From Amoebophrya sp. A120 (Eukaryota; Protista; Dinoflagellata), in NCBI GenBank assembly GCA_905178155.1, contig CAJINV010000004.1:6575409-6639408 (forward strand): a DNA stretch of 64,000 nt, in the 5' to 3' direction. Both the position numbers and the translations under genes were made by a program. Positions 26,455 to 38,790 of the stretch are shown here, piece after piece (within the stretch, counting starts at the first letter, position 1; each line of letters starts with the position of its first letter). The notes beneath the pieces are model-generated. The model was not told the origin of the DNA and did not search any database. It saw only the letters and a program-made list of their open reading frames with translations.

Positions 26455-29400
26455 ATGGCTCGTATTTTGCACTTCAAGAGGTGCACAGTGAGCCGGTGCA
26501 CGGTGGGGCCGTCCTTTCGGCAGCGCTTCCATGCGCGTTTAGCCGAGCGGATTGCCGAATTGGAGAAGCAAGAGGCGGAAAAAGAGAACAAGGACGGTTC
26601 TTTATCTCCCGGCAGCGGTGCAAAAAAGCCCATCGCAAGTAAAGGCAAAAGCAAGGGCGGCAAGCTTGCGCAGGCAATACTCTCGCCGAAAAGTAGCGGC
26701 GCAGCAGCCGGGGCGGGTAAGAAGAGAGGAGAGTCGTCGCCGAAATCAGCGTCGGGAAACAAGAAGGATAAACATAAGTCGCCCAAAGCTTCAACAAGCC
26801 CAAAAACCGGGAGCAAGAAAACTTCTACCCCACCGAAAGAACAGGAGAAAGCGAAGGCAGAAATCGTTGAGAAAAAAGTAGAAGCTAAGCCGGATGACCC
26901 AGCTAAAACAGTACTAGAGCCTACTACGAACAACAAATTTGAGGCCAAGCCGCGTGGAGGTGAGCAACAGGTTGTTCCGAAGGAGCGCGCAACCGCGCCA
27001 GCCAGCTTTGCGCCGAGAGGCAGGGGGGACGATGAGAAGAAGGGGTTGGAGCTGAAGAAAGAGAAGGAAGTTGTTTCAGCGAAACCCAAGGAGGAGGAGC
27101 AGTCGCAAAAAGCCGAAGACGCACGGAAAGACGCTGAGCAGCGACGGGAGGACTTGAGCAATGTGTTGAATAAGTACGGGGACGGTGGGTCAGCGAAAAC
27201 AAGTACAACATATCAAATGCAAAAATGTCTGGGTCTGGGAGATTGCGAGATTGGCATGACTCTGAACTCTGTGTTCCATGGCCGCGAAGAGCTCCTCCTT
27301 CCTTTCATGCAAAAACGTAGTTTCTCATGCGGAGTACGCAACTCAGAGCCATGGAAAAAACTTGTCATGCTTGGCAGCGCATTATAGTGAGTTCACCATT
27401 CCATTTCTTGCATCACAAGTTTCCAGACCCAGATATTTTTGCATTTGATACAACAACCCCTGCTACTACCAGCACCGCGCCGCCCACAACCGACGCGGCG
27501 GACTCCAAGGTCGCAACCGAGCTCCGCGCCAAGGCGGCAGAGGATCCTCCTGCGGGAACCGCGACAGGTACTAGAGAGAGCGCAGCAGAGAAAGAAGGGG
27601 GAAGAACAAGTACCGCTGGTGCAAAAGCACCAACAGCAGCTGCTGGTGTTTCAGAAAACAACAAATCCACCACTGCTGCTGCGCCGAAGTTCGCAGCCGC
27701 TCCGAGGACAAGTGGCGCAGCAGCGGCTAAGGAAGAAAGGAAGTCTGGTCAACAAGAAGCTGTTGTTTCTGTTCCCACTACAGAACAGCAAGTAGAATCG
27801 AAAAAGGAGGACCAAACACCAGCTGCACCAAAGCCCGAACCTCCGAAAAAGCCCACAGGGTCGCTCGTTGCGGCACTCGGCGCAAACAAAGCAGGGACAT
27901 CAACTCCCGTTGCGAAGGCGGTTGCTGTTGTACCTGGTGGAAGCGAGGCGGCATCCTCGGCTGGTGTAGTTGTACCGGTCGCGAAAGCCGTTGTTCCGGC
28001 TAAAGCCGTCGCGGTAGCCACCGAATTAGCATCTTCAAAGCCGGTCGTCGGTCCCGCCGCGAAGCAGCAGGCCAAAGCAGTCGTCGGAGTTGGGGCGAAC
28101 AAGATGGGGAACTGCGCCACCTCCACGGGCAACAAGGCCTCCACAAACCTGGAGCCGAAGGGAGTCGTGCCCGCGTATGAACTGCAAATATGTCTGGTTC
28201 TGGAAGAGTCGGGGCTTGTCATGCACATTTTGCATGACCCATCAGGTCTGCGATGCTGGTGTTAGCATCACAGATTTTTTGAGAGCTTCTTGATGCTAAT
28301 TACGCATGGCAAATGCCCTCTCCGCGTGCCAAGAACTGACTCCTCTTTACTGCTCATGCAACACAGACATTTTTAGAATCCGCAGACAGCATTACAAGTT
28401 CCACTTTGTCAGACCCAGACACTTTTGCATTTGATACCGCGGCGGCGGAGGCGAAAAAGGGGGAAGCGGTGGCCGCTCCGAAAAAACAGTTCTCCTGGGA
28501 GAAGAAACAGACGATCAACAAAAAGGACTACATGCTCATGGACAGAAAGAATGAGGTATTTCTGATAATTTGCATCTGGGCATAGAAGATTTCAGAACCA
28601 AGATAATTTGGTGCGCTCGATGAATCCTATCAATTGGGTCCAACGCATGATAATTGCTGAGACCTTGAAAAGACACAACTCTTAACCACAGGTAATCGTC
28701 AAAGAGGGCTTACAGCTGCAGCAATTTCTCGTTGACGGTTGCGAAAACTGCGACATTTTTGTCCTCGACCCCATGGCCACAGTGTCTGTCGATTACAGCA
28801 AAAATTGCAGGATCTTCATGGCGCCGGTATTTTGTTGTTGTTTGTCATGCGGAAAAAGCATAGCCAGTGTAAAAAATGTAGTACAAAAAACAGCTACAGT
28901 GCAGTTCCAGATCGAATTCTTGACTCACATTTTGTTTTCGGTCCGACTTTGGTGTGAATTTTGTCCATAACATTTTTGCAGATCGAGTCCTCGATTTTCG
29001 TTCGCAACTGCGAGAACTGCCAGTTCGTGCTTATCAGATGCAAATATGTCTGGGTCTGAGAGATTCCGAAATTTGTCATGCAGTTTTTTCAAGCTCCCCC
29101 ACGTCTAGAATGCAGGGCCTAGCATCACAGGTTCTGCAGCCCCTTGGTGATGCGTGGTCAGCATGGCCAGAAGTGGGCACCTTATTCACGTTGAGTACGC
29201 ATCACAGATCTTTGTAGGATCCGAAACACGCATCACAAGTTTGGATCCTTCCAGACCCAGACATATTTGCAGTTGATAGTGCTGTGCGTGCAGCAATTCC
29301 GGAGCCGGGAGTGCACCGACTGCAAGATCGCGCTGTTCTCGCAAACCGACCCAATCATTGAGTACAGCAACAAAATGGAATTTTCCTGCTGGCCGATCTC

Positions 29401-31326
29401 CTACTTCAGCCTCAAGTCGCACCTGGACGTCTGCAAAATTAACCCGTACAGCAACAAGTGGAACAAAATTTTTGACTTCAACAAGAAGGACGACGGCAGT
29501 CTGAACTACAGTCTCTCCGCTGCCTACAACGCCAGCCGGGAAAAACTCGCCGAATTGATCGACTTTGCAAAGTGTACCAACACCGAGTTTCGGGACGAAA
29601 TTTTTCAGTTTTTGGAAAACCCCAACACGTTCGCCGCAATACCGGTCACCCTGGGGAAAGATACAGTACTACTAGAGTGCAGATTCTTTGAAGGAAGTGA
29701 AAAACGTTTGTTCATGTTGACGGATGGTTTCACTTTCATCCGTGTTCGCGTTGCTGGTTAATCTCCGCATGTGACAAATTCAAATTTGAGTTTGAATTTT
29801 GCAAATTTTTCTTCGACGTCTCACAACATCAGGGCTCCAAGTTCGACACCAAACCCGAGAACCGCGTCTTCGTGTTATTCCTCGACACCGCGTATCAAAT
29901 GCAAAAATGTCTGGGTCTGGAAGAGTGCGCGATTGGTCATGCAGCTTTTCCATGACCCACGAGGTCTGGAATGTAGGACCTAGCATGACAGATTCTGCGC
30001 GATCTCTCTCATGCCTATCCTGCATGAGAAACTCCCTCCCGACTTGGTCAAAACTGGGCGACTTTTGGTAATCATGCAACGCAGATTTTTCCATGCTTCG
30101 GATTTAGCATGACAAGTTGCTTTGTTCCAGACCCAGACATTTTTACATTTGACACCGCGAAGCTGGAGCTCTTCCTCCAGGCGTTTCACGACATATCCTG
30201 TGCAAAAGTATCGTAGTCGTACTAATTGCAAATATGCATGACAAATCTCCTTCCTAAGGTAAAACGGCATTACAAATTCCTTTTTTCTTCTTGCCAAAAT
30301 TTGTGATGCAATTTATACTAGTGCGATACTCTTGCAATGCATACGACAAAAACTCCGGCAATTACGAGGTGCTGCAGACCCGGGTGCTAGGTCTGGACGA
30401 ATCAAAAGCGAAGCAGCTGCAGGTGTTGGACGTAAAAGCGCTGGACTTCGGCCGCGGGGAGGTGCCCTGCATCGGGTTGGACCTCTGTGGGGAAGGGATC
30501 AACGCGAAGGTATTTAATATTCCTGTTTGGGTTCTTCACACTTCTCAGGAGTGCATCGATGAGTAAGGTTATGCAGTTGTTCACTCGAGTATTTTGCTAC
30601 CGCATGACGGCCCGCTAATTGTTCGTATCATTACCAAGGTCTCCGATTTCGAGGAGGAGCTAAAGGGGTCCTTTGTCATCCCGCGCGAGCGGCTTACCGC
30701 TTTCGCGGAGTTGTTCTTTGTGACACTGTATCCACTGCAAATATCCCTGGATGTTGTCTGGAAAGAATGGGATCATTTGTGCAGGACAGGCGTGAGCAAG
30801 TCTTTGCGGGAGCTGTGATGCTAGAGCATGCATCACAGGCATCGTGGCTCCCGTACAATTGTGCATGACAAGGGATTGTGCATGACAGTTCGCCTTGTTG
30901 CGGCTGCTCGCCATGAAAACAACTACATTACATCTCGCCTCACTTTTTTAAGATGGGTTTTTTCGTACTTCGGACTGTGCCATAGTAGATGACTTTACCG
31001 CTTTTTTACTGTTCTTTTATCCCTCAGCGCTGGTGGGTCTGCCGGCAAAGTTATCCCTACTCAGATGGCTACAAAGCTCATCCCGCAGCCGTCCCAGGAG
31101 CTCTTGTGGCTGTCTCTCGGTAGTGATCGCTTTGCCCGTGCTTATTCCACTCAGAGTTTGCTGGGTAGGTGGCTACCGTTTTAAGTTTATAAACGAATGG
31201 GACGCCCTGCCCTTAGCCTTCCAACATGACAAGCTCCCCGCCCATCTTCCAGACATCTAAGTAGGGATATTTGCATTTGATACGCTGAAGGACGACGAGG
31301 GAATGGCGCACGGAATCGGAAAGTGA
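26455..31326 (+). CDS. RP2: RP2/XRP2-like TBCC-domain protein with a long K/A/E-rich N-terminus; 6 introners plus canonical introns; start uncertain
   Basis: Spliced QQFLVDGCENCDIFVLD, SIFVRNCENCQFVLCVQQFRSRECTD, TDPIIEYS and NKWNKIFDFN resemble the RP2 TBCC domain; ends ELFFVTLKDDEGMAHGIGK*. Confidence 0.8.
27211..27450. mobile_element. Introner, family A
   Basis: Family A TIRs; DR caaca/caaca. Confidence 0.93.
28176..28436. mobile_element. Introner, family A
   Basis: Ends tatgaactgcaaatatgtctgg / cagacacttttgcatttgata; DR ccgcg/ccgcg. Confidence 0.92.
29032..29278. mobile_element. Introner, family A, close relative of 215-479
   Basis: DR gtgct/gtgct; removal gives NCQFVLCVQQFR. Confidence 0.94.
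29893..30154. mobile_element. Introner, family A, 262-bp subfamily
   Basis: Family A TIRs (right end gaca); DR ccgcg/ccgcg. Confidence 0.92.
30194..30343. mobile_element. Introner, family C (150 bp)
   Basis: Ends tatcctgtgcaaaagtatcg / cgatactcttgcaatgcata; DR cgaca/cgaca. Confidence 0.9.
30729..31282. mobile_element. Long introner, family D (554 bp)
   Basis: Ends tatccactgcaaatatccct / agggatatttgcatttgata; DR cactg/cgctg; removal gives FFVTLKDDEG. Confidence 0.85.
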
Positions 31327-32475
31327 GTGGTGGCGCCAGAGCCCGCTCATCTGCAGTTTGCAGCTATTCGGCCTGAGCTTGGGTCGCTGTCGAGAAGATT
31401 TTTTGTGGTACAAAGCACTGGTGGCGAATCGTCGGCGGGTGGGGGACGTGCCCACTTGCCGTTTGTGCTACTGTTGCGAACCTGGTGACTATTATATTCG
31501 TCGCAGAAATAAACTGCTAAGCATCGCATTCTATTGGCTTCTCATAAGTACATGAAAAGAAGAGCATAGAGGAAGAGAAAGTCCGACCAAAATAGTACAC
31601 CAGTTGTCACGCGCCTAGTCACCTCTCCACGCCGTGGATGTTCGAAAATAAAGGAAGCATTTCGGTCTTCAGCAGTGTTGAGTCGGTTTTCTGTTACTTC
31701 TTTCGCTGCTGTGTTAAGGTCAACAACAAGAACGTCTCCCATTTTCATCGGTTTATTTTGTGCTTCGTACAACACCTAATGCCATCTTCGTGCTGCAGCT
31801 CGTCCAAAAGAAATTTCAAAAGAATCGGTACACGTAAACTCGAACACAAAAAAACGTTCCATCGGGCATTGAATGCGTGTACTTCTAAGAGCAACAAACT
31901 CGTGCAGTAAAAGGGGTCGGTCTCTGACTCTTGATGGTCAACAGCCTTTGATTTTTCCGTGCAAAAGTGGTATTCAAATCGTGCAGATGAAAAAGCAAAC
32001 CGGTCGCCGTTTTTCGTGTCGGTAATACTAGGATGAATCTTATCTCAATGCAAAACATTACTGTTACAGGGCCCCATTTTGAATAAAACCTATCACTAAT
32101 ATTTCATTCCTTTGATGAGTAGCGGCATGATGATCACATCATCTTCAGTGTCTTTTACCAAGGGTCGTCGGCGGAATTGTCCGTTCTTCGCATCCTGTCA
32201 ATAAGAAAAATCAAAATCCTAATCCCACTATGCGTGAAATAACCGGGTGGGGGTGTCGACGGTGCCGTGTCTGGGATTTCTAGGGCGCGGGGGCTGCATT
32301 TGTACCACTCAAAGCAGTGCCGGTCGTGATTTCTTACCAACACGCACGTCGACAGGGGAGGGTGACTTACTTACTGCTATTTTCGAGCTGAAACTACAAT
32401 TTTTGGAATTGCACTAAGAAGAGCTGCCTCCCTAGGCGCAATTGTACTTAGTTTATTGAGTGCACCACGCGCAAG

Positions 32476-33538
32476 ATGGCGGAAGTTTTGCTAAAATTGG
32501 TGGAGGAGGGGCGATCCGACTACGAGATCTGTCAGGGTGACTACGTGAAAAACCTGAAGCCCGGCGACCGCAACGTGGTGATAAAAACGTCGGGGGCGCG
32601 GCAGTTGACCGCGCTGTCGTTCGCGGCCTCGCTGAATTTGAACAAACTTTTGTCGCAGCTGCTCGACGCCGGGTGCGATCCCAACATCGGGAACCCGTCG
32701 GCCTTGCACTATGCGGCCTCCTCAGGGAACATAAACACGGTCCGACAGCTCATAAAACACGGAGCGGACGTCAATATAAGAGACGCGTATTTATTGATAC
32801 ATTTATTGTTGAATTTTGGTTGCTGTTGCTCGCTCTTCGTTCACTAAAAATAACGATTTGTGTGATTCGATTGATCTCAGATGTAACTACAGACCCGGAT
32901 CTTCGCGCTCGGGTCGTGCCTAGGTGCTGGCACAAATAACGCAATTTTGGACGACTCTCGTGGCCTATGCCATGGTTCGTTATTTCTATGAATGGAAAGT
33001 AGACAAAATCAAAAACAGGTACGACCAAACACCCCTGTTTTTCGCCCGAAATGCAGAGACGGTTCACTACCTGCTTGACCACGCCGCAAACACGGATTTA
33101 AGGAACACGGCCGACCAAACACCACTACACACACTCGCCTTCAACGGCTGCAGCGAGAGCTTAACGTAATTATACCAAAGCAGACCTTTCTTGAATTGTG
33201 ATTGTCGCATGTTTTGTAGTTGCGCTTCCCGGTGGTAAGTACATTGATTTGTCTTTAAGTGAATCTTTTTCGTGTCGTCTATTTGTTCAAAATCCACTTC
33301 ACCACACCAAAACAGGTATCTGATGAAGGTCCTCCCGAAGGAAATGCTGGACTGGCCCGACCGGGCGGGAAGGACCTGTCTGCACCACGCAGAGTACCAC
33401 TTCATTCAGGTTGGGGACCCGCATTGCGTGGCGTTGCTTCTCACCAACGGGGCCAATCACCTCTGCAAGACAAATAAGGGCATTGTCATCCAAACAGAAA
33501 CCATGAACGCGGCGATTACACACGCAAAGGTATTATAA
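32476..33538 (+). CDS. Ankyrin-repeat protein, multi-exon; 3' end uncertain
   Basis: SALHYAASSGNINTVRQLIKHGADVN, QTPLFFA, QTPLHTLA, GRTCLHHA, VALLLTNGAN. Confidence 0.8.
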
Positions 33539-33720
33539 GGGTTTTTCTTTCTTCGCGGTAGTAGATCTCAATGAGAAACAAGTTGTAGCCTATCCTGGTG
33601 TTTATCTTCATCGTTGCTTTTTAGCAGGATCAAAGAGCCCCCTCTGCGAGATTGGCTTTTCGCATGGCAAATAATACTTTTTAATCATCGATGACAAAAC
33701 AGCACCTCTCTGGCGCCGTG

Positions 33721-36700
33721 ATGAGTGACGTGAACATTGAAGAAATGGAGCAGAACATCGCGGAAAACGCTGTTGCGGCGAAACTCCAGGCCGCCGCCCG
33801 CGGAAAAATGGCCAGGAAAAAAGTCGACGAGAAGAAGCAGCAAATGAAGTATAAGATGATATTTCTTGATTGTTCTTTTGCAAAGAACAGCACTTCACTC
33901 ATGCATGGAAAAATGCAAGTTTTTGCCTCTGGGCACCACATGCATGATCATACATGCTCCAGCAGGGTCTTGCTCGCGAAATATATACTCCAAAGAAAAA
34001 CTCCAAATTCCCATCATCTATGAAAATCAGGCAAGAAGAGGAAGCTGCGGCCACCCGGGTGCAGAATCTGTATCGCGGGAAGATGGCTCGGAAGCAGGTC
34101 GGTGCGAAACGGCACCAGAAGGCGCGCAAGGAGCAGGAAAAGGAGCTGCAGGAGGTGTTAGGCGCCGAAGTCACCATCGACGAGGCGGAGAAGGCCGCGC
34201 AGAAGATGCAGGCTGGGTTTCGGGGCCGCAAAGCCCGAGATCGAGTGGACGACCTGAAGGTGGAAAACCGCTACAGCAAGCCGTTCGTGATGTCGACCAC
34301 CAGTTTCCGCCCGCCCGACGACCGCCCCCAGAAATTCACCGTCACCATCAAAAAAGAATCCACCGACGACACGCTAGGCCTTGTTTTCTTGAACGGCGAA
34401 AGCCACTTCCAGCACAACTTCCCCTCCGTCCCCGCGGAATACGCGCCGAAGGTACTTCATTTTTACTTGCTTCCTTGTCGTCTACTGGTTTCTCTTTTTA
34501 CAAAATTCGCCGATTATGCGAAGTAGATGATAGGACGTTCTTCTTCTTGTGACTTCCTGCTTCTAGCTACGCGTGCTCGTCGCGGCTACACAAATCCTTG
34601 TTTTCAACTGTATCAGCGAAGCGCCGCTGACTAAGTGTTTTTTTGAATAGCATTTTCCAGCCACTGACTGACTATCATATCCAAACAGTGTCTCGTCGTT
34701 ACCCGCATCGGGCTTGGCGCCGTCGTGGAGCATAACCGTACCATGGCCGAGGCGAGCAATGATTTGAACCACCAGATCCGGGTCTATGACCGGATATTGG
34801 CGGTCAACAAGGAGCAAGACGTCGCGAAAATGATCGCCGCGATGCACAATTCGCAGACCCTGGAGTTCGAGCTCTCCATTGAGCGGTACCCAACGACCTT
34901 CCGGGTCAGTCTCGACCGGTCCGCGGGGAAGAAAATCGGGTTGTCTTTCGACCGCAAATACAGCAAAACCCACCTGCGCGTCCTCCACGTCAAGGGCGGG
35001 TCCGGCGGGGAGGCCGAGGCCGGCGGGGACGGCGGCGAGGCCGGGGGCGAACCCGTGGAGAAGGAAAGTCGGGAGACCTTACGGATTGCAAAAAAGTCTG
35101 GGTCTGCAAAGAGTGGAGCTTGTGATGCTGTCTTTGGATTCTAAGACAATCTGTACTGCATGACCAGCAAGACGAGGAGTCCAGTTTGTGCTGCGCGGAG
35201 AGTGTAATATTTCTCATGCGATAGAGGCATCGCAAAGCCCTCGACAAACCTGTGATGCTAGAGCATGCATCACAGACATCATGGGCCATTCAAAATATGC
35301 ATGGCAAGCCTGGCAATCTTTCCGACCCAGACACTTTTGTATTCCATAGAAGTACGCGAAGAACAACTACGAACCAACGACGGTCGTAATGGCGCACAAC
35401 GTGAACGCCGCGAAGGCGGGGAAACACTGGCAGTGCCTGCAACGAAACCAAATTATCTCGGAGGTGAACGGAGAAACAAATGACGCGACTTCCCTCGGGG
35501 AAGTAATGCGCGACGCGAAAACTCACCCGGTGCTGCACATGACCGTGCACCGGGGCAGCACGCAAGCAAGAAGAGATCTCGCGGAAATGCTCTTTTCCCC
35601 CGCACATGATTTGTACCTGCGACCCTCGAAGCTGCGCAACTTCACCGGGGTGACCAGGAGAAAACCGAAGACGCAGGCGGAAAAGAAGGCGGCGGATAAA
35701 TTGTACACGCAAAACATGTCAAGACAAGTGACGCAAAACAAGGAAACGGGGGAGAATTACGTGTCCGCACTGTCGGTTGTGTCCCCGAAACAGAAGAAAG
35801 CCCGGGAACAGATGCTGGAAAAGGCGGTGGCGGTCGAGGCGTTCATGAAAATGCAGCAATACTGGGAAAAGGCGGTCATTCTGTCGATAAATTTGAAAAA
35901 AACCGAAACGGTCACGAAATTCGGGATCTCGTTTTTCGACGGCGGTCAGGCCTTCACAGAAGCCAACAGGGGACTCGCGGTCGACGCACCGGCGCACCTG
36001 GTATGAGTTTTCTTGCTGATGAAGGTTTATTTGTCCGGACTTGCATACAAAAGAAATGATTCGGAGTTCCGCACCATTCTGAGCCTCAGCAGCGGAAGAT
36101 ACAAGCAGAGCAGCAGGAGTCTCTATTCAATCGTGTATTTTTTGCAAAGAAGAAGACCATGAGTTTGAGTTCTGCATGCAGTATGTGAAAATTTGCGCAA
36201 CAAGTATATCAAAATCGAACTCCCCCACGAAAAATCCAGGTGGTCAAATCCGTCGTTTGGGGCGGACTCTTGCACAATTACAACGAGGCGCAAACGGACG
36301 CCAACAAGAAGGTGATCGTGGGGGATCGCATCGTTGCTGTCAACGGCGTCATATGCACTGCAAAAATGTCTGGGTCTGGAAGGATCCGAACTTGTGATGC
36401 TAACTTTGGACTCTAAAAAAAATCTGTATTGCATGACCAGCAAGAGGAGCCCAGTTTGTGCTACGCGGGGAGGGCATTTGTCATGCGGGATAGGCATCAG
36501 GAAGGCCTCTAAAGATATGTGATGCTAGATCATGCATTGCAGACATCGCGACTCATGCAAAATATGCATGACAAACCCGGCAACCTTCCAGACTCAGACA
36601 CTTTTGCATTTGATACGTCAAGGACGACGTGGAAGCTATGAAAGAGGAGCTCCGCACGGGGGACGACATCATGGTGCAGGTTATCATTTGTAAAAACGTC

Positions 36701-38376
36701 CCCACGACCCCATAGTTGTCATGCAAGTCTGCATGCTCAAAATGTTCCTCATGCGGAGCCCCATGACAAGCATTCTCTAGTCGTGTTTGGGAATTTGTAA
36801 TGCTCTAAGCAGCATAATAGGATAGACCTGTGATGCTGCTGAACGAGCGAAACAGGACTATGCTACGAGGTCAAACGTGTCATGCGCAACACCCAAAGCT
36901 GACAGATTTGTCTAGCAAAGATTTGCATCTTGACTCTGGGGTGGCGACGTTTTTGCACAGGATACAGGTGCAGAAATTTTCGCGCTACTTCAGCTTCTAC
37001 ACGAAGAAGGTGTCCGGCGACATCGGGCTGTATGAAAGCCTCAGAATGGAAATCCTCAAAGTGGAAATAATTTGTGATGCATGAAATGCGACGCAAGAAA
37101 GACTGCATTGCAGAGGACGCAATGGAGGCCGACTATTCTCCTCTTACGGGTAGATAATTGAGCTGCTGACTGGCACGAGAGAAGGGCACCCCTTTGCCCA
37201 ACTAGCATGACAGACACGTTTTGAGTGCTCGGGAAATTTGTCATGCGACGACTAGAAATGGCGCCTCAACTGGAGTCGTTTTTTTGCATTACAAGTCATT
37301 TCCACTTTGCAGATTTTCAACCTGTGGCTTTCATAGACTGGGGCTGCAGATGCAGGAGCACTCGGGGCTGCGTTCGGAATTGAAAATCGGCAAGGTCTAC
37401 GGCGTCACGCAGGTGATCAACAAACGTATCAAATGTAAAAATGTCTGGGCCTGGAAACTTGTAATGCTGCGTTGGCCCTCCTAGGTTTTTCTAGCCGTTG
37501 CTGGCTACGTCCCTACACTTTCCAATTGAGGTCTGAGTAGGGACGATTTTCTCTTTTTTCGCGCTGCCAAGCGGCGTGGCACGGCGATAGAACAAGTTTT
37601 CACGCAGTGGTGAGCATGCACCCACGGTGCGCTGCGTGTGGACCGAAACTTGTTTTATGTGAGCACCCACGAAGACCTCCAGGCCTTTTATTTACCGCAG
37701 GTCCGGTAAGCCTGTTCTCGGTCCTCGCGGGACCCCGTGTGGCTGTAGTCGTCCCGTTGCCGCTGGCTTTCTTAGTTAGTCGTATCGTTCGAGCCGTACC
37801 GTGATTTCGTAACAACGTCTCGTTCTAAGCTCTTCCTTACGTTTCCTTTATTTTTGTTGGCGCGCCCTGCTTTTCTGCATGCGCCATCAGAAGTGCATTG
37901 AATCGCGGCGGGATAATTACGAATTTTTTATTGGTTTTAAGTAAGGCCTGATGCCGGTAGGGACGAACAGCCCGTAGACTTCCGATGTAATGCTGCGTTG
38001 GGAATAGTGAATGCTCTGTAATTCACAGCCAAGCATGAGAAATAGCTGCGCTTCTTTGTGTTGCGTTTTCCGCAGAAGAAACTGCGTTTTTGCATGACAG
38101 GCAAAAGGGTCTCTTCTTGGACACGCATCGCAAGCTTTTTGGTCATGCCAGACAAGCATGACAAGTCTCGCAAGCTTCCAGACCCAGACATTTTTGCATT
38201 TGATAAAACGCCTCGTCCAGCAAATGGGGAGGTATGATTTGGTTTTGGAGCCCTACATGCGCCTTATCGGCGTCAACGGACGGGTTGACTGTGACGCAAC
38301 GGAACTGCGGCAGGAAATCGCGGACGCAAAGGAGGGAAGCTGGCTCAAGTTGCAAGTCAGGAGGGCAGCGGTATAG
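33721..38376 (+). CDS. IQ-motif and multi-PDZ-like protein; 5 introners plus canonical introns
   Basis: IQ motifs LQAAARGKMARK, VQNLYRGKMARK and MQAGFRGRKAR; PDZ-like YDRILAVN, GDRIVAVNG and MRLIGVNG. Confidence 0.78.
35080..35348. mobile_element. Degenerate introner, family A
   Basis: Ends tacggattgcaaaaaagtctgggtc / gacccagacacttttgtattccata; DR decayed (gacct/gaagt); removal plus 5 nt gives RETYAKNNYEP in frame. Confidence 0.82.
36352..36615. mobile_element. Introner, family A
   Basis: DR cgtca/cgtca; removal gives IVAVNGVKDDVE. Confidence 0.93.
36682..36964. mobile_element. Introner, family E
   Basis: Ends tatcatttgtaaaaacgtcccc / gacgtttttgcacaggata; DR caggt/caggt. Confidence 0.9.
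37031..37335. mobile_element. Introner, family F
   Basis: Ends tatgaaagcc...aaagtggaaat / atttccacttt...ggctttcata; DR ggctg/gactg. Confidence 0.88.
37427..38205. mobile_element. Long introner with family A ends and extra internal sequence (779 bp)
   Basis: Family A TIRs; DR aaacg/aaacg; removal gives QVINKRLVQQMG. Confidence 0.9.
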
Positions 38377-38717
38377 ATTTTTAAGGGGATTTGTTGGAGG
38401 TCGTTTTTAGATTTGGAGTCGTGTAGTGAGTCTCATGCAAAAAGAAAATCGCAGGCTTTGTAGCTTGACACGACTACTACCGGCGTTCTTGTTGAAATAT
38501 GCCACAGCCTGGTATAAATAGAGGATTTCCATGTCGCGCGGTGCAACGTTGTTTCACTGTCCACCCGAAACTACAAACATGAAAACACTTTCTCTACCCA
38601 CAGGTTCTGAAGCTGGCAGTGATGAAGGTGCGCAAGCAAGTGATGGCGATGATGTTTCTACGGAAAATGTCGTTCGGTGGGCCGCCAAGGATCGTGTTTC
38701 CCAACGAATCAGACTCG

Positions 38718-38790
38718 GAAGAGGAGGAGGACGAAGACGATGATGATGACGACGATGATGAGGAGAAGGAGGAGGAAGAAGAGGAGGACG
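38718..38790 (+). repeat. GAN triplet microsatellite
   Basis: Runs of gga/gat/gac/gaa triplets. Confidence 0.7.
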
